64,000 bases of DNA from Macrostomum lignano. Its lineage: Eukaryota. The notes beneath the pieces were generated by a model. It did not search any database. It saw only the letters and a program-made list of their open reading frames with translations, and was not told the origin of the DNA. Shown here piece after piece: positions 42,044 to 56,285 of the stretch; the first letter of the stretch is position 1, and each line of letters starts with the position of its first letter. Location of the stretch: the NCBI GenBank assembly GCA_002269645.1, contig NIVC01001952.1, forward strand, positions 62,001-126,000. Reading direction: 5' to 3'. A program made the position numbers and the translations under genes.

Positions 42044-42344
42044 ATCTGTTAGCCAAGCCAACCAGTAGTTTCAGTCTGATGATGATAGCTGATCGGTGTG
42101 GACAGTTGTGTGTGTGTGTGTTAACTATGCCAAGTTATTCCACACTATTCTCAATACGCGCGGCTGCTTTAAATAAACACGTGTAGTTGTTGATCGGCAA
42201 TTTCTTGGCATTGCCTTCTGGATTAAATTGGCTTGGATGGGCCGGTTTTTATGGTGTTCGGTATTTTTGATGCACTACTTTTGCTTACATCTAGTTTAAT
42301 GGGAGGTCCTGGCACGGGTTTTGCTATCACTCTCCTCGGGTCTT

Positions 42345-43659
42345 TAGGGGTCACTGCCCTCAGAATCTTCAATAGGGGTCACTGCCCTCCCTAGATTCTT
42401 CAATAGGGGTCACTGCCCTCCCTAGATTCTTCAATAGGGGTCACTGCCCTCCCTAGATTCTTCAATAGGGGTCACTGCCCTCCCTAGATTCTTCAATAGG
42501 GGTCACTGCCCTCCCTAGATTCTTCAATAGGGGTCACTGCCATCTCCCTAGATTCTTCAATAGGGGTCAATGCCATCTCCCTAGACTATTCAATAGGGGT
42601 CACTGCCATCTCCCTAGACTATTCAATAGGGGTCACTGCCATCTCCCTAGATTCTTCAATAGGGATCACTGCCATCTCCCTAGATTCTTCAATAGGGATC
42701 ACTGCCATCTCCCTAGATTCTTCAATAGGGATCACTGCCATCTCCCTAGATTCTTCAATAGGGGTCACTGCCATCTCCCTAGATTATTCAATAGGGATCA
42801 CTGCCATCTCCCTAGATTATTCAATAGGGATCACTGCCATCTCCCTAGATTCTTCAATAGGGATCACTGCCATCTCCCTAGATTCTTCAATAGGGATCAC
42901 TGCCATCTCCCTAGATTCTTCAATAGGGATCACTGCCATCTCCCTAGATTCTTCAATAGGGATCACTGCCATCTCCCTAGATTCTTCAATAGGGGTCACT
43001 GCCATCTCCCTAGATTATTCAATAGGGATCACTGCCATCTCCCTAGATTATTCAATAGGGATCACTGCCATCTCCCTAGATTCTTCAATAGGGATCACTG
43101 CCATCTCCCTAGATTCTTCAATAGGGATCACTGCCATCTCCCTAGATTCTTCAATAGGGGTCACTGCCATCTCCCTAGATTCTTCAATAGGGGTCACTGC
43201 CATCTCCCTGGATTCTTCAATAGGGATCACTGCCATCTCCCTAGATTCTTCAATAGGGGTCACTGCCATCTCCCTAGATTATTCAATAGGGATCACTGCC
43301 ATCTCCCTAGATTATTCAATAGGGATCACTGCCATCTTCCTAGATTCTTCAATAGGGGTCACTGCCATCTCCCTAGATTCTTCAATAGGGGTCACTGCCA
43401 TCTCCCTATAATCTTCAATAGGGGTCACTGCCATCTCCCTATATTCTTCAATAGGGGTCACTGCCATCTCCCTATATTCTTCAATAGGAGTTACTGCCCT
43501 CCCTAGAAGGGTCACTGCCATCTCCCTAGATTATTCAATAGGGGTCACTGTCCTCTCCCTAGATTGTTCAATGGGGGGTCACTGCCATCTCCCTAGATTC
43601 TTCAATAGGGGTCACTGCCCTCTCCCCAGATTCTTCAATAGGGGTCACTGCCCTCTCCC
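42345..43659. repeat. 33-bp minisatellite (AATAGGGGTCACTGCCATCTCCCTAGATTCTTC), with 30-bp variants at the left end
   Basis: About 40 units visible. Confidence 0.97.
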
Positions 43660-43825
43660 GGGTTACAATCCTCTTCCCGAGTGTTTTAAGGTAGATCGCT
43701 TCTCCCCTAAAGTTAATTAAGGTTAGCCTATTAATTCATCTACCGTTCATGCTCGTCAGCCTTCCACAGCTGTGCCTAAAAGTTTAATTGAAAGAATCAA
43801 CCAAGCAGTCAGTCAGCTATCAACC

Positions 43826-44086
43826 ATGCAGTCGCTATTCGCCGTCGCCTTCCTAGCCGTTATCTTCGTCGCCGTGCTGCCATCGGGCGTTGATTGCATC
43901 ACTCTCAATGACGCCCGGGCTGACCCAGACAGGTACATCCTGTACGACACCACCCAGTTCCACATTGGCATGCACTGCGGCATCTCGCTGGTGATTTGCT
44001 ACGCCATTCTCTGCGCTATCTGGCTGACCATTATGGGCGTTATCTACGCCACCGGCGGCAAGAAGATGCGCCGTCAGGCTAGCTAA
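43826..44086 (+). CDS. Small type-I membrane protein of unknown function, 86 aa
   Basis: CAACC-ATG context (as in the 23152 gene), GC-rich codons, signal peptide MQSLFAVAFLAVIFVAVLPSGVDC, a ~22-aa ectodomain, TM GISLVICYAILCAIWLTIMGVIYA and basic tail KKMRR. Confidence 0.75.
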   Translation: MQSLFAVAFLAVIFVAVLPSGVDCITLNDARADPDRYILYDTTQFHIGMHCGISLVICYAILCAIWLTIMGVIYATGGKKMRRQAS

Positions 44087-44211
44087 GCTGCTAGCTCATT
44101 AACATAATTAATGCTGAGTTTGACAGCAGTCATTTGCATATAAACTGTATTCATATACAATTTTACTAGGCGTTTGGATATTCTGAAATTCTCTTTACCT
44201 ATTCTAGTCTA

Positions 44212-45546
44212 GGACTCAGTAGATTCTGGGACTCTATTAGTAGATTCTGGGACTCACTAGTAGATTCTGGGACTCTATTAGTAGATTATGGGACTCTATT
44301 AGTAGATTCTGGGACTCACTAGTAGATTCTGGGACTCTATTAGTAGATTATGGGACTCTATTAGTAGATTCTGGGACTCACTAGTAGATTCTGGGACTCT
44401 ATTAGTAGATTCTGGGACTCACTAGTAGATTCTGGGACTCTATTAGTAGATTCTGGGACTCACTAGTAGATTCTGGGACTCTATTAGTAGATTCTGGGAC
44501 TCACTAGTAGATTCTGGGACTCTAATAGTAGATTATGGGACTCTATTAGTAGATTCTGGGACTCACTAGTAGATTCTGGGACTCTATTAGTAGATTCTGG
44601 GACTCACTAGTAGATTCTGGGACTCTATTAGTAGATTATGGGACTCACTAGTAGATTCTGGGACTCTATTAGTAGATTCTGGGACTCTACTAGTAGATTC
44701 TGGGACTCACTAGTAGATTCTGGGACTCTATTAGTAGATTATGGGACTCTGTTAGTAGATTCTGGGTCTCTATTAGTAGATTCTGGGACTCTATTAGTAG
44801 ATTCTGGGTCTCTATTAGTAGATTCTGGGACTCTATTAGTAGATTCTGGGACTCTATTAGCAGATTCTGGGACTCTATTAGTAGATTCTGGGACTCTATT
44901 AGCAGATTCTGGGTCTCTATTAGTAGATTCTGGGACTCTATTAGTAGATTCTGGGACTCTATTAGTAGATTCTGGGACTCTATTAGCAGATTCTGGGTCT
45001 CTATTAGTAGATTCTGGGACTCTATTAGTAGATTCTGGGACTCTATTAGTTGATTCTGGGACTATTAGTAGATTCTGGGACTATTAGTAGATTCTGGGAC
45101 TCTATTAGCAGATTCTGGGACTCTATTAGCAGATTCTGGGACTCTATTAGTAGATTCTGGGACTCTATTAGCAGATTCTGGGTCTCTATTAGTAGATTCT
45201 GGGACTCTATTAGTAGATTCTGGGACTCTATTAGTAGATTCTGGGACTCTATTAGCAGATTCTGGGTCTCTATTAGTAGATTCTGGGACTCTATTAGTAG
45301 ATTCTGGGACTCTATTAGTTGATTCTGGGACTATTAGTAGATTCTGGGACTCTATTAGCAGATTCTGGGACTCTATTAGTAGATTCTGGGACTCTATTAG
45401 TAGATTCTGGGACTCTATTAGTAGATTCTGGGACTCTATTAGCAGATTCTGGGACTCTATTAGCAGATTCTGGGACTCTATTAGCAGATTCTGGGACTCT
45501 ATTAGCAGATTCTGGGACTCTATTAGCAGATTCTGGGACTCTATTA
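44212..45546. repeat. 21-bp minisatellite (TAGTAGATTCTGGGACTCTAT)
   Basis: About 63 units visible. Confidence 0.97.
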
Positions 45547-46396
45547 AAAGGCTATAGGACTTAAGTAAGAAACAGAACTGTTTAAGTATGCTCAAATAAT
45601 TCTGTCACATAACGATAATTTTTAAGTGACAGGTTTTACTTCTGGGTTTTATTTCTAGAGCAGTCTCATTTTTAGTACTTTTTCCCGTAAATATTTGCTT
45701 TGCCGGCCCCTTTTTCTACTGCAGTTGAATTTTTTTTCAATAATTATATTGTGTCGGGGAGATGCTGGCACCTGTGGCGCGCAATAGTTTTAAGCATCGT
45801 TTTCTTTAAGTCGCTTTTAGACATCTGTGTAGAAATAGCAATACACTGCTTTTAATTTGCCTTCAGTTCTTATTCCCTATTAGGTCAAGCAATCGCACCA
45901 ATTATTCAATTTCTAAGTCACGCTGAGTTCATTTTGAGTGCAATTTCTATACTAATCTGAGTTATACAAAATACAATTTTCTATTGCTTTCGTCACCTGT
46001 TGGCATATTGATTGTGCAATAAATCTTATTTGATTATAATTAGTTTGCACCCACCTTTCCTCATTTAATTTAATCATAGAAGTTTTTTGTTTACTGTTTT
46101 AGGTAATTTATTAGTAAAGCCTACCTTCTGCCTCTGCTATTATCGTTGCTCGCGTAAGCGGCATTCCCTCTTTTTTATTAATCTCTAATAATTGACATCC
46201 TATTGTTTAGGCTGCGCTCTACTGTAGTAGTCAATTATCTTCATATAACTAAATATACCATAGTTTTCTCTCTGCTTAGCTAGTTTGTACTCCCAACCAG
46301 TTTTGGGTGAAAGTTTTAATCCCCGTTTTAATCCGACTTTCATGTTCTTCATTTACAGGCTAACATATTGTTTCCAAAGTAATTATTTCAAAATAA

Positions 46397-47116
46397 AATG
46401 ACCCGTTCTCAAACTGAGAATGATCATTAGTAGCATAATGACCCGTTCTCAAACTGAGAATGATCATCAGTAGCATAATGACCCGTTCTCAAACTGAGAA
46501 TGACCATCAGTAGCATAATGACCCGTTCTCAAACTGAGAATGATCATTAGTAGCATAATGACCCGTTCTCAAACTGAGAATGATCATCAGTAGCATAATG
46601 ACCCGTTCTCAAACTGAGAATGACCATCAGTAGCATAATGACCCGTTCTCAAACTGAGAATGATCATCAGTAGCATAATGACCCGTTCTCAAACTGAGAA
46701 TGACCATCAGTAGCATAATGACCCGTTCTCAAACTGAGAATGACCATCAGTAGCATAATGACCCGTTCTCAAACTGAGAATGACCATCAGTAGCATAATG
46801 ACCCGTTCTCAAACTGAGAATGATCATCAGTAGCATAATGATCCGTTCTCAAACTGAGAATGACCATCAGTAGCATAATGACCCGTTCTCAAACTGAGAA
46901 TGATCATCAGTAGCATAATGACCCGTTCTCAAACTGAGAATGACCATCAGTAGCATAATGACCCGTTGTCAAACTGAGAATGACCATCAGTAGCATAATG
47001 ACCCGTTGTCAAACTGAGAATGACCATCAGTAGCATAATGACCCGTTCTCAAACTGAGAATGACCATCAGTAGCATAATGACCCGTTGTCAAACTGAGAA
47101 TGACCATCAGTAGCAT
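46397..47116. repeat. 40-bp tandem repeat with internal hairpin TTCTCA-AAC-TGAGAA, ~18 copies
   Basis: AATGACCCGTTCTCAAACTGAGAATGA[T/C]CATCAGTAGCAT arranged head-to-tail with no spacers. Confidence 0.97.
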
Positions 47117-47589
47117 AAATATAATTGTTCTTCACTATCTCAAGTGGCTTCAGTCTTGACAGAAGCGCATTTTCTAATGACTTTGAGCAGGATTCTGCTC
47201 CAGTGTCACACCCAGTGGGTTAGGCAGTGAGGTACACTGCGAGTTATCGTGCAGCATGCAGCATCTACATTTCAAGAGTAGTATAGGAGCATGATTGGTG
47301 ACACGGAGCGGGATCTACTTTCTCATATCTTCCCTGTCAACCCGGCTGAGCTATAAGCTTATTGAAACGCGTGCAACGCGCGGCTTAGCCTGGGAAGTTG
47401 TGCTCACTTTCTCGAGTTACAATAAGACAGATCTGGGCGGGGCGCTCCAGCCAGTGATGATGACTGGTTCGACTGACGAAGGGGTGCAGAAAGTGAGCCT
47501 AAAAAGCCACACCTTTTTCATACTTTGCCAACTTGACTGTTTGATCACTAAGATCGTTTTAAAGCTACGAGTATTCTCAGTATTCTCTG

Positions 47590-48610
47590 AGTATTCCACT
47601 CAGTCAGTCTCATTCTATTCCTCATCTTCCACTCAGTCAGTCTCATTCTATTCCTCATCTTCCACTCAGCCAGTCTCATCTAGTCTATTCCTCATCTTCT
47701 ACTCAGCCAGTCTCATCTAGTCTATTCCTCATCTTCTACTCAGCCAGTCTCATCTAGTCTATTCCTCATCTTCTACTCAGCCAGTCTCATCTAGTCTATT
47801 CCTCATCTTCTACTCAGCCAGTCTCATCTAGTCTATTCCTCATCTTCTACTCAGCCAGTCTCATCTAGTCTATTCCTCATCTTCTACTCAGCCAGTCTCA
47901 TCTAGTCTATTCCTCATCTTCTACTCAGCCAGTGTCATTCTATTCCTCATCTTCTACTCAGCCAGTCTCATTCTATTCCTCATCTTCTACTCAGCCAGTC
48001 TCATTCTATTCCTCATCTTCTACTCAGCCAGTCTCATCTAGTCTTCCTCATCTTCTACTCAGCCAGTGTCATCTAGTCTATTCCTCATCTTCTACTCAGC
48101 CAGTCTCATTCTATTCCTCATCTTCTACTCAGCCAGTCTCATTCTATTCCTCATCTTCTACTCAGCAAGTCTCATTCTATTCCTCATCTTCTACTCAGCC
48201 AGTCTCATTCTATTCCTCATCTTCTACTCAGCCAGTCTCATCTAGTCTATTCCTCATCTTCTACTCAGCCAGTCTCATTCTATTCCTCATCTTCTACTCA
48301 GCCAGTCTCATCTAGTCTATTCCTCATCTTCTACTCAGCCAGTCTCATCTAGTCTATTCCTCATCTTCTACTCAGCCAGTCTCATCTAGTCTATTCCTCA
48401 TCTTCTACTCAGCCAGTCTCATCTAGTCTATTCCTCATCTTCTACTCAGCCAGTCTCATCTAGTCTATTCCTCATCTTCTACTCAGCCAGTCTCATTCTA
48501 TTCCTCATCATCTACTCAGCCAGTCTCATTCTATTCCTCATCATCTACTCAGCCAGTCTCATTCTATTCCTCATCATCTACTCAGCCAGTCTCATTCTAT
48601 TCCTCATCAT
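47590..48610. repeat. 37/33-bp pyrimidine-rich minisatellite (CTATTCCTCATCTTCTACTCAGCCAGTCTCAT[CTAGT/T])
   Basis: Directly visible. Confidence 0.96.
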
Positions 48611-49259
48611 CATATTCAGTTTAACATTAAAACCGATATACTGAGGTCACAATAGGAGCAAATAGGGAAATCGCCACCTCCCTGACATGATGATGATGAT
48701 GATGGCCAAGGGGCCCGGCCGCCGGCATCTATATGCGAAACCCTAGTACGCTAGTATACTTGCCGCCCAGTGAGGTACGGCGCTATCTATCCAGACATGC
48801 ATCGAGCCGTGACCGCCTCAAATCAAGCCATTCATTCATTCCACCTTGCCTAGCATCAGTCAGGCTTGAAATATTTTGTGTTGCTCGATTGTTTTGCCCT
48901 CAGGTTTGTTTGAGGCGCATCCTATCCAGCATGTTACGCACCAAATGTGCTCAAAGCCGAGCTCTGTTCCCTTATTTGGATTGGGCTTGACGCTTCACGG
49001 AGCAGAGGCGTAATAGCGCTTCTGGGCTGTTGTGTGCAGATCTTGAACAGCTTCCCATTCGCTTCCCCCTGCTGTTTATTGATTGTAACCGCCTGCTTTG
49101 CTGGCGATTCTTATCTGACTGTGCAGATTTAAAAACCGCTCGCTTTGTTTATGATCCATTGATTGCCTTGGTCATTAGCGGCGGGATGACTTGCGTTTAT
49201 CGACTCAGTTATCGTTATTAGTTATTAACGTTATTAGATATTGTTACTAGTTACCGACT

Positions 49260-51312
49260 TATCTTTGGCGTTGAAACACACCCAACCTTGGCGCTAAAAC
49301 GCACTCTTTTTGGCGCTTAATCTCATCTTGGCGCTTAATCTCATCTTGGCGCTTAATCTCATCTTGTCGCATAATCTCATCTTGGCGCTTAATCTCTTCT
49401 TGGCGCTTAATCCCAGCTTGGCGCTTAAACACACCCATATTGGCGCTTAAACACATATCTTGGCGCTTAATAAAGACACTCATCTAGGCGTTTAAACACA
49501 CTCATCAAGGCGTTTAAACACACTCATCAAGGCGTTTAAACACACTCATCAAGGCGTTTAAACACACTCATCTAGGCGTTTAAACACTCATCTAGGCGTT
49601 TAAACACTCATCTAGGCGTTTAAACACTCATCTAGGCGTTTAAACACTCATCTAGGCGTTTAAACACTCATCTAGGCGTTTAAACACTCATCTAGGCGTT
49701 TAAACACTCATCTAGGCGTTTAAACACTCATCTAGGCGTTTAAACACTCATCTAGGCGTTTAAACACACTCATCTTTGGCGTTTAAACACACTCATCTTT
49801 GGCGTTTAAACACTCATCTAGGCGTTTAAACACTCATCTAGGCGTTTAAACACACTCATCAAGGCGTTTAAACACACTCATCTAGGCGTTTAAACACTCA
49901 TCTAGGCGTTTAAACACTCATCTAGGCGTTTAAACACTCATCTAGGCGTTTAAACACTCATCTAGGCGTTTAAACACTCATCTAGGCGTTTAAACACTCA
50001 TCTAGGCGTTTAAACACACTCATCTTTGGCGTTTAAACACACTCATCTTTGGCGTTTAAACACTCATCTAGGCGTTTAAACACTCATCTAGGCGTTTAAA
50101 CACACTCATCAAGGCGTTTAAACACTCATCTAGGCGTTTAAACACACTCATCAAGGCGTTTAAACACACTCATCAAGGCGTTTAAACACACTCATCAAGG
50201 CGTTTAAACACTCATCTAGGCGTTTAAACACACTCATCTTTGGCGTTTAAACACACTCATCTTAGGCGCTTAAACACACTCATCTTAGGCGTTTAAACAC
50301 ACTCATCTAGGCGTTTAAACACTCATCTAGGCGTTTAAACACACTTATCTTTGGCGCTTAAACACACTCATCTTAGGCGCTTAAACACACTTATCTTTGG
50401 CGCTTAAACACACTCATCTTAGGCGCTTAAACACACTCATCTTAGGCGCTTAAACACACTTATCTTTGGCGCTTAAACACACTCATCAAGGCGTTTAAAC
50501 ACTCATCTAGGCGTTTAAACACACTCATCAAGGCGTTTAAACACACTCATCAAGGCGTTTAAACACACTCATCAAGGCGTTTAAACACTCATCTAGGCGT
50601 TTAAACACACTCATCTTTGGCGTTTAAACACACTCATCTTAGGCGCTTAAACACACTCATCTTAGGCGTTTAAACACACTCATCTAGGCGTTTAAACACT
50701 CATCTAGGCGTTTAAACACACTTATCTTTGGCGCTTAAACACACTCATCTTAGGCGCTTAAACACACTTATCTTTGGCGCTTAAACACACTCATCTTAGG
50801 CGCTTAAACACACTCATCTTAGGCGCTTAAACACACTCATCTTAGGCGCTTAAACACACTTATCTTTGGCGCTTAAACACACTCATCTTAGGCGCTTAAA
50901 CACACTCATCTTAGGCGCTTAAACACACTTATCTTTGGCGCTTAAACACACTCATCAAGGCGTTTAAACACTCATCTAGGCGTTTAAACACACTCATCAA
51001 GGCGTTTAAACACACTCATCAAGGCGTTTAAACACACTCATCAAGGCGTTTAAACACTCATCTAGGCGTTTAAACACACTCATCTTTGGCGTTTAAACAC
51101 ACTCATCTTAGGCGCTTAAACACACTCATCTTAGGCGTTTAAACACACTCATCTAGGCGTTTAAACACTCATCTAGGCGTTTAAACACACTTATCTTTGG
51201 CGCTTAAACACACTCATCTTAGGCGCTTAAACACACTTATCTTTGGCGCTTAAACACACTCATCTTAGGCGCTTAAACACACTCATCTTAGGCGCTTAAA
51301 CGCACTCATCTT
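49260..51312. repeat. 18-23-bp minisatellite family (GGCG[T/C]TTAAACA(CA)CTCATCT) with higher-order blocks
   Basis: The unit changes along the array from an 18-mer to 20/22-mers to a 23-mer. Confidence 0.96.
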
Positions 51313-51705
51313 TATAAAATATTTTCTAGATGGGTTGCATGAAGCCCTCTATTTTCATGCAGAATAGCATAAAAATTTATCTTTACTTCTTACACTTGGT
51401 TTAGAATAATTAAGCATTAGCATGACCTCGCGCCATTGTCGGCATCTGTTTAGCAGCATGTGAAAATCAGGCAGCTTTTTGTCAGCTCAATCTCTGGAAA
51501 ACTCAAGTCAGATTGAAAAAGACAGCAGCAGAATCTCTTCGAGATTCTCTTGGCGACTTCCGGACCGCCTGCTGCTGCTCCTCAAAGATTTACGAGCGGA
51601 TGCCCGTCCGCTTTTTGTCACTTCCTGTCTTCCTTCTTATCTGTAAAAAACTGGTCCAGGAAATTTCAATCCTGATGCTTTTTTGTTCAAGCAACAATAT
51701 ATTTT

Positions 51706-52529
<824 letters not shown>

Positions 52530-52923
52530 GTCAGTCAGTCGATTCAACTATAGAAATGGCCAGTCTTGGTATGAATTGGTGTGAAAAGAGGAAGTACAAA
52601 ATGGCTTCCAACCCCCTCAAGCCCTCTCTTATCTTTAAGAATGCAGAGGGCAGCTGCGAGTTCAATTCCAATTGAGCAGCAGCTCAATCGACACGCAATG
52701 CCAGCCAGTGCGGATCTTTGCTTTTTCCGGTCGCTCAATTTTGGTGGCTTAAAGGGTATGAGATTTGAGTAGGTAAGCACTAGATCAGTATGATTTTCTA
52801 TGCCATGCAGCTGTGCCAGTAATGACTTGTGAACTGAGTTTCAGTTTGAGTCTTATCGAAGTTAAAGGGTTTAAGAGCAGGGGGCCGCCCTCCCCCTTTT
52901 ATAGGCGCCTCTATTCCAGGTTT

Positions 52924-53471
52924 CTTGGTGCTGGCGCCCCTTGGTGCTGGCGCCCCTTGGTGCTGGCGCCCCTTGGTGCTGGCGCCCCTTGGTGCTGGCG
53001 CCCCTTGGTGCTGGCGCCCCTTGGTGCTGGCGCCCCTTGGTGCTGGCGCCCCTTGGTGCTGGCGCCCCTTGGTGCTGGCGCCCCTTGGTGCTGGCGCCCC
53101 TTGGTGCTGGCGCCCCTTGGTGCTGGCGCCCCTTGGTGCTGGCGCCCCTTGGTGCTGGCGCCCCTTGGTGCTGGCGCCCCTTGGTGCTGGCGCCCCTTGG
53201 TGCTGGCGCCCCTTGGTGCTGGCGCCCCTTGGTGCTGGCGCCCCTTGGTGCTGGCGCCCCTTGGTGCTGGCGCCCCTTGGTGCTGGCGCCCCTTGGTGCT
53301 GGCGCCCCTTGGTGCTGGCGCCCCTTGGTGCTGGCGCCCCTTGGTGCTGGCGCCCCTTGGTGCTGGCGCCCCTTGGTGCTGGCGCCCCTTGGTGCTGGCG
53401 CCCCTTGGTGCTGGCGCCCCTTGGTGCTGGCGCCCCTTGGTGCTGGCGCCCCTTGGTGCTGGCGCCCCTTG
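52924..53471. repeat. Perfect 16-bp GC-rich tandem repeat (CTTGGTGCTGGCGCCC), ~34 copies
   Basis: No variant units seen. Confidence 0.98.
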
Positions 53472-53992
53472 ATCAGATTCATGATTTGTAGCGTTTATAG
53501 CGAAGTCACTGTAGGTCCGGGACAATTAAAACACTGCATTTAGAGCTATTGCATTCAGCGATTGTTGATCTGAAAAAATATTGGTCAACTCTCTTTCTTG
53601 ATTGCAATTTGCATTTTAGGGCATTACGGGCATAGAAATCGTCAGCTTATTTACCTACTAACAGTAGTTAAATCTACTTCAACCAATGAGTCAGCAGCAG
53701 CCTTGGCATGGCCGAGTGTATAAAGCAGTCAAGTTTAATAGGTCGCTTTCAATTGGCTGGGCTGCGGCTTATATATATAGGCGGTCAGCTATCTGCTGGG
53801 TTCCCATGCTGAGCCTCTCGAACCCGTTCTGACCGCGGCTTGAGCGAGCAAAGCGTTACCCCCACCCAACCCTTGCCTTAATCTCCCGATAGCAGCTCCT
53901 GATAGCAACTGTACAATCGTTGATTGTACAGTTCAACCCCGCGGCAACTGGCTTTTTGTGGCTCTTCTTATCCAAGTAAGTGTCCAAGCAAA

Positions 53993-54719
53993 TAGCAGTA
54001 GCAGTAGCAGTAGCAGTAGTAGTAGCAGTAGCAGTAGCAGTAGCAGTAGCAGTAGCAGTAGCAGTAGTAGTAGTAGTAGCAGTACCAGTAGCAGTACCAG
54101 TAGCAGTAGCAGCAGCAGTAGCAGCAGCAGTAGCAGTAGCAGTAGCAGTAGCAGTAGCAGTAGCAGTAGCAGTAGCAGCAGCAGTAGCAGCAGCAGTAGC
54201 AGTAGCAGTAGCAGTAGCAGCAGCAGTAGCAGTAGCAGTAGCAGCAGCAGTAGCAGCAGCAGTAGCAGTAGCAGTAGCAGTAGCAGTAGCAGTAGCAGTA
54301 GCAGTAGCAGTAGCAGTAGCAGCAGCAGTAGCAGCAGCAGTAGCAGTAGCAGTAGCAGTAGCAGTAGCAGTAGCAGCAGCAGTAGCAGTAGCAGTAGCAG
54401 TAGCAGTAGCAGTAGTAGTAGCAGCAGCAGTAGCAGTAGCAGTAGCAGTAGCAGTAGCAGTAGCAGTAGCAGTAGCAGTAGCAGTAGTAGTAGCAGTAGC
54501 AGTAGCAGTAGCAGTAGCAGTAGCAGCAGCAGTAGCAGTAGCAGTAGCAGTAGCAGTAGCAGTAGTAGTAGCAGTAATAGTAGCAGTAGCAGTATTAGTA
54601 GCAGTAGCAGTAGCAGTAGTAATAGTAGTAGTAGTAGTAATGGTAGTAGTAGTAGTAGTAGCAGTAGTAGTAGTAATAGTAGTAGCAGTAGTAGTAGCAG
54701 TGGTAATAGTAGTAGTAGT

Positions 54720-54751
<32 letters not shown>

Positions 54752-54755
54752 TAGC

Positions 54756-54799
<44 letters not shown>

Positions 54800-54875
54800 C
54801 AGTAGTAGTAGTAGTAGCAGTAGTAGTAGTAGTAATAGTAGTAGCAGTAGTAGCTGCAGTAATAATAGTAGTAGT
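53993..54875. repeat. (AGT/AGC)n trinucleotide/hexanucleotide microsatellite
   Basis: Directly visible; it is the source of the poly-L, poly-S and poly-VA ORFs. Confidence 0.99.
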
Positions 54876-55455
54876 ATTAACAACATTACAAAAAAATTTT
54901 TTCTATTTTGTTACATATCATCAACCCTGAACACTACGAGTATAAAGTAGCTCAGGATAAAATGCAAAGACTACGTATTATCTGAAGGCATGAGCTAACT
55001 TCTTGAGTTCTTTCGAAAACATTTTGCTAACGAATATTTGCTGTAAAAAATCGGAGGCAGCGAGAGGCAGTCATCATCCTAGCGCTGATTCCGAGATCCG
55101 TCATACATCAACTCCCCGTGAATGGTTCATCTTCAGGCCTCTCTGCAGTGCGGTGCCAAAGCAGAAAGATAGGAGATGCAGCAGAAGGAATGCTCTGTTC
55201 AGCGTCTTCATCCACCTTTTCCAGCCGCCGCAATTGCGCTGCGCGACTTTCATTTTCGCACAGCTGTTGCCTGCCGAAGCAATTTAGTTCGATTCTCTGC
55301 TGCCGGACAGATGATGAGTGGGAGGCTGGCTTAGCAGGCTGGCTGTGGGGCAGCTTGTGCCAGATGCTTCCATGCTTCCGTGTTCCAGGCTTATCTCTGT
55401 GACTGCTGCTTTTATCTGGCTGTGCCGCTGTGTGCGACTGTCTGCTGCTTTCTGC

Positions 55456-55469
55456 TGTCTGTCTGTCTA

Positions 55470-55556
<87 letters not shown>

Positions 55557-55559
55557 TAG

Positions 55560-55593
<34 letters not shown>
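55456..55593. repeat. (TGTC)n microsatellite
   Basis: Directly visible. Confidence 0.97.
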
Positions 55594-55594
<1 letters not shown>

Positions 55595-56027
55595 GAATCT
55601 ACCCTGTCAGAACATCGCGCTAAGCTTCAGCCTTGACACTCCTTTGCCCGATTTGAACCTCAAATCAGCCGAAATTGTATTTGAGCGCGTCTATTCGCGG
55701 CCCACCGGCTCAAATTGGACGGAGGACTGTTAAGGGCGGAAGGCGCGTTGAACGTCATTAAACCCGATCCCCATCCCTAGGAGCTCAGTCTTTGATACCC
55801 GCGCGTTTTGCCGTTGAGTTCGGATCCTGAGTCGCTTATGATTTTTAAAGGTGTTTCCTACTCAAATATTCTTAACTACTCGTACAAATGAATATCACCT
55901 TATATGCATTGATAAAAATTACTTTTTTGATCTTGTGAAATAGATCCTTAACAACTGGTAAACCTGATTTGTGGATTTTGTACAACTGGTGTACGGAGCC
56001 GTTACCCCTGATGCTCCTGTATTGTAA

Positions 56028-56285
56028 ATCTGATGCTTTGATCTTGTACATCTGATGCTTTGATCTTGTACATCTGATGCTTTGATCTTGTACATCTGAT
56101 GCTTAGATCTTGTACATCTGATGCTTTGATCTTGTACATCTGATGCTTAGATCTTGTACATCTGATGCTTTGATCTTGTACATCTGATGCTTAGATCTTG
56201 TACATCTGATGGTTAGATCTTGTACACCTGATGCTTAGATCTTGTAAATCTGATGCTTAGATCTTGTACACCCGATGCTTGGATC
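56028..56285. repeat. 22-bp tandem repeat (ATCTGATGCTT[T/A]GATCTTGTAC)
   Basis: About 11 units visible. Confidence 0.95.

Noticed and set aside
41693-42200. RPS25 as a processed pseudogene
   Set aside because: The ORF is intact with biased codons and a poly(A) signal, but no genomic A-tail or TSD. A TCT-like motif at ~41612 is too weak to call in AT-rich DNA.
46397-47116. CRISPR array or hammerhead-ribozyme repeat (palindromic 40-mer, CTGATGA on the minus strand)
   Set aside because: No unique spacers or cas genes, eukaryotic context, and no GAAA core after the stem.
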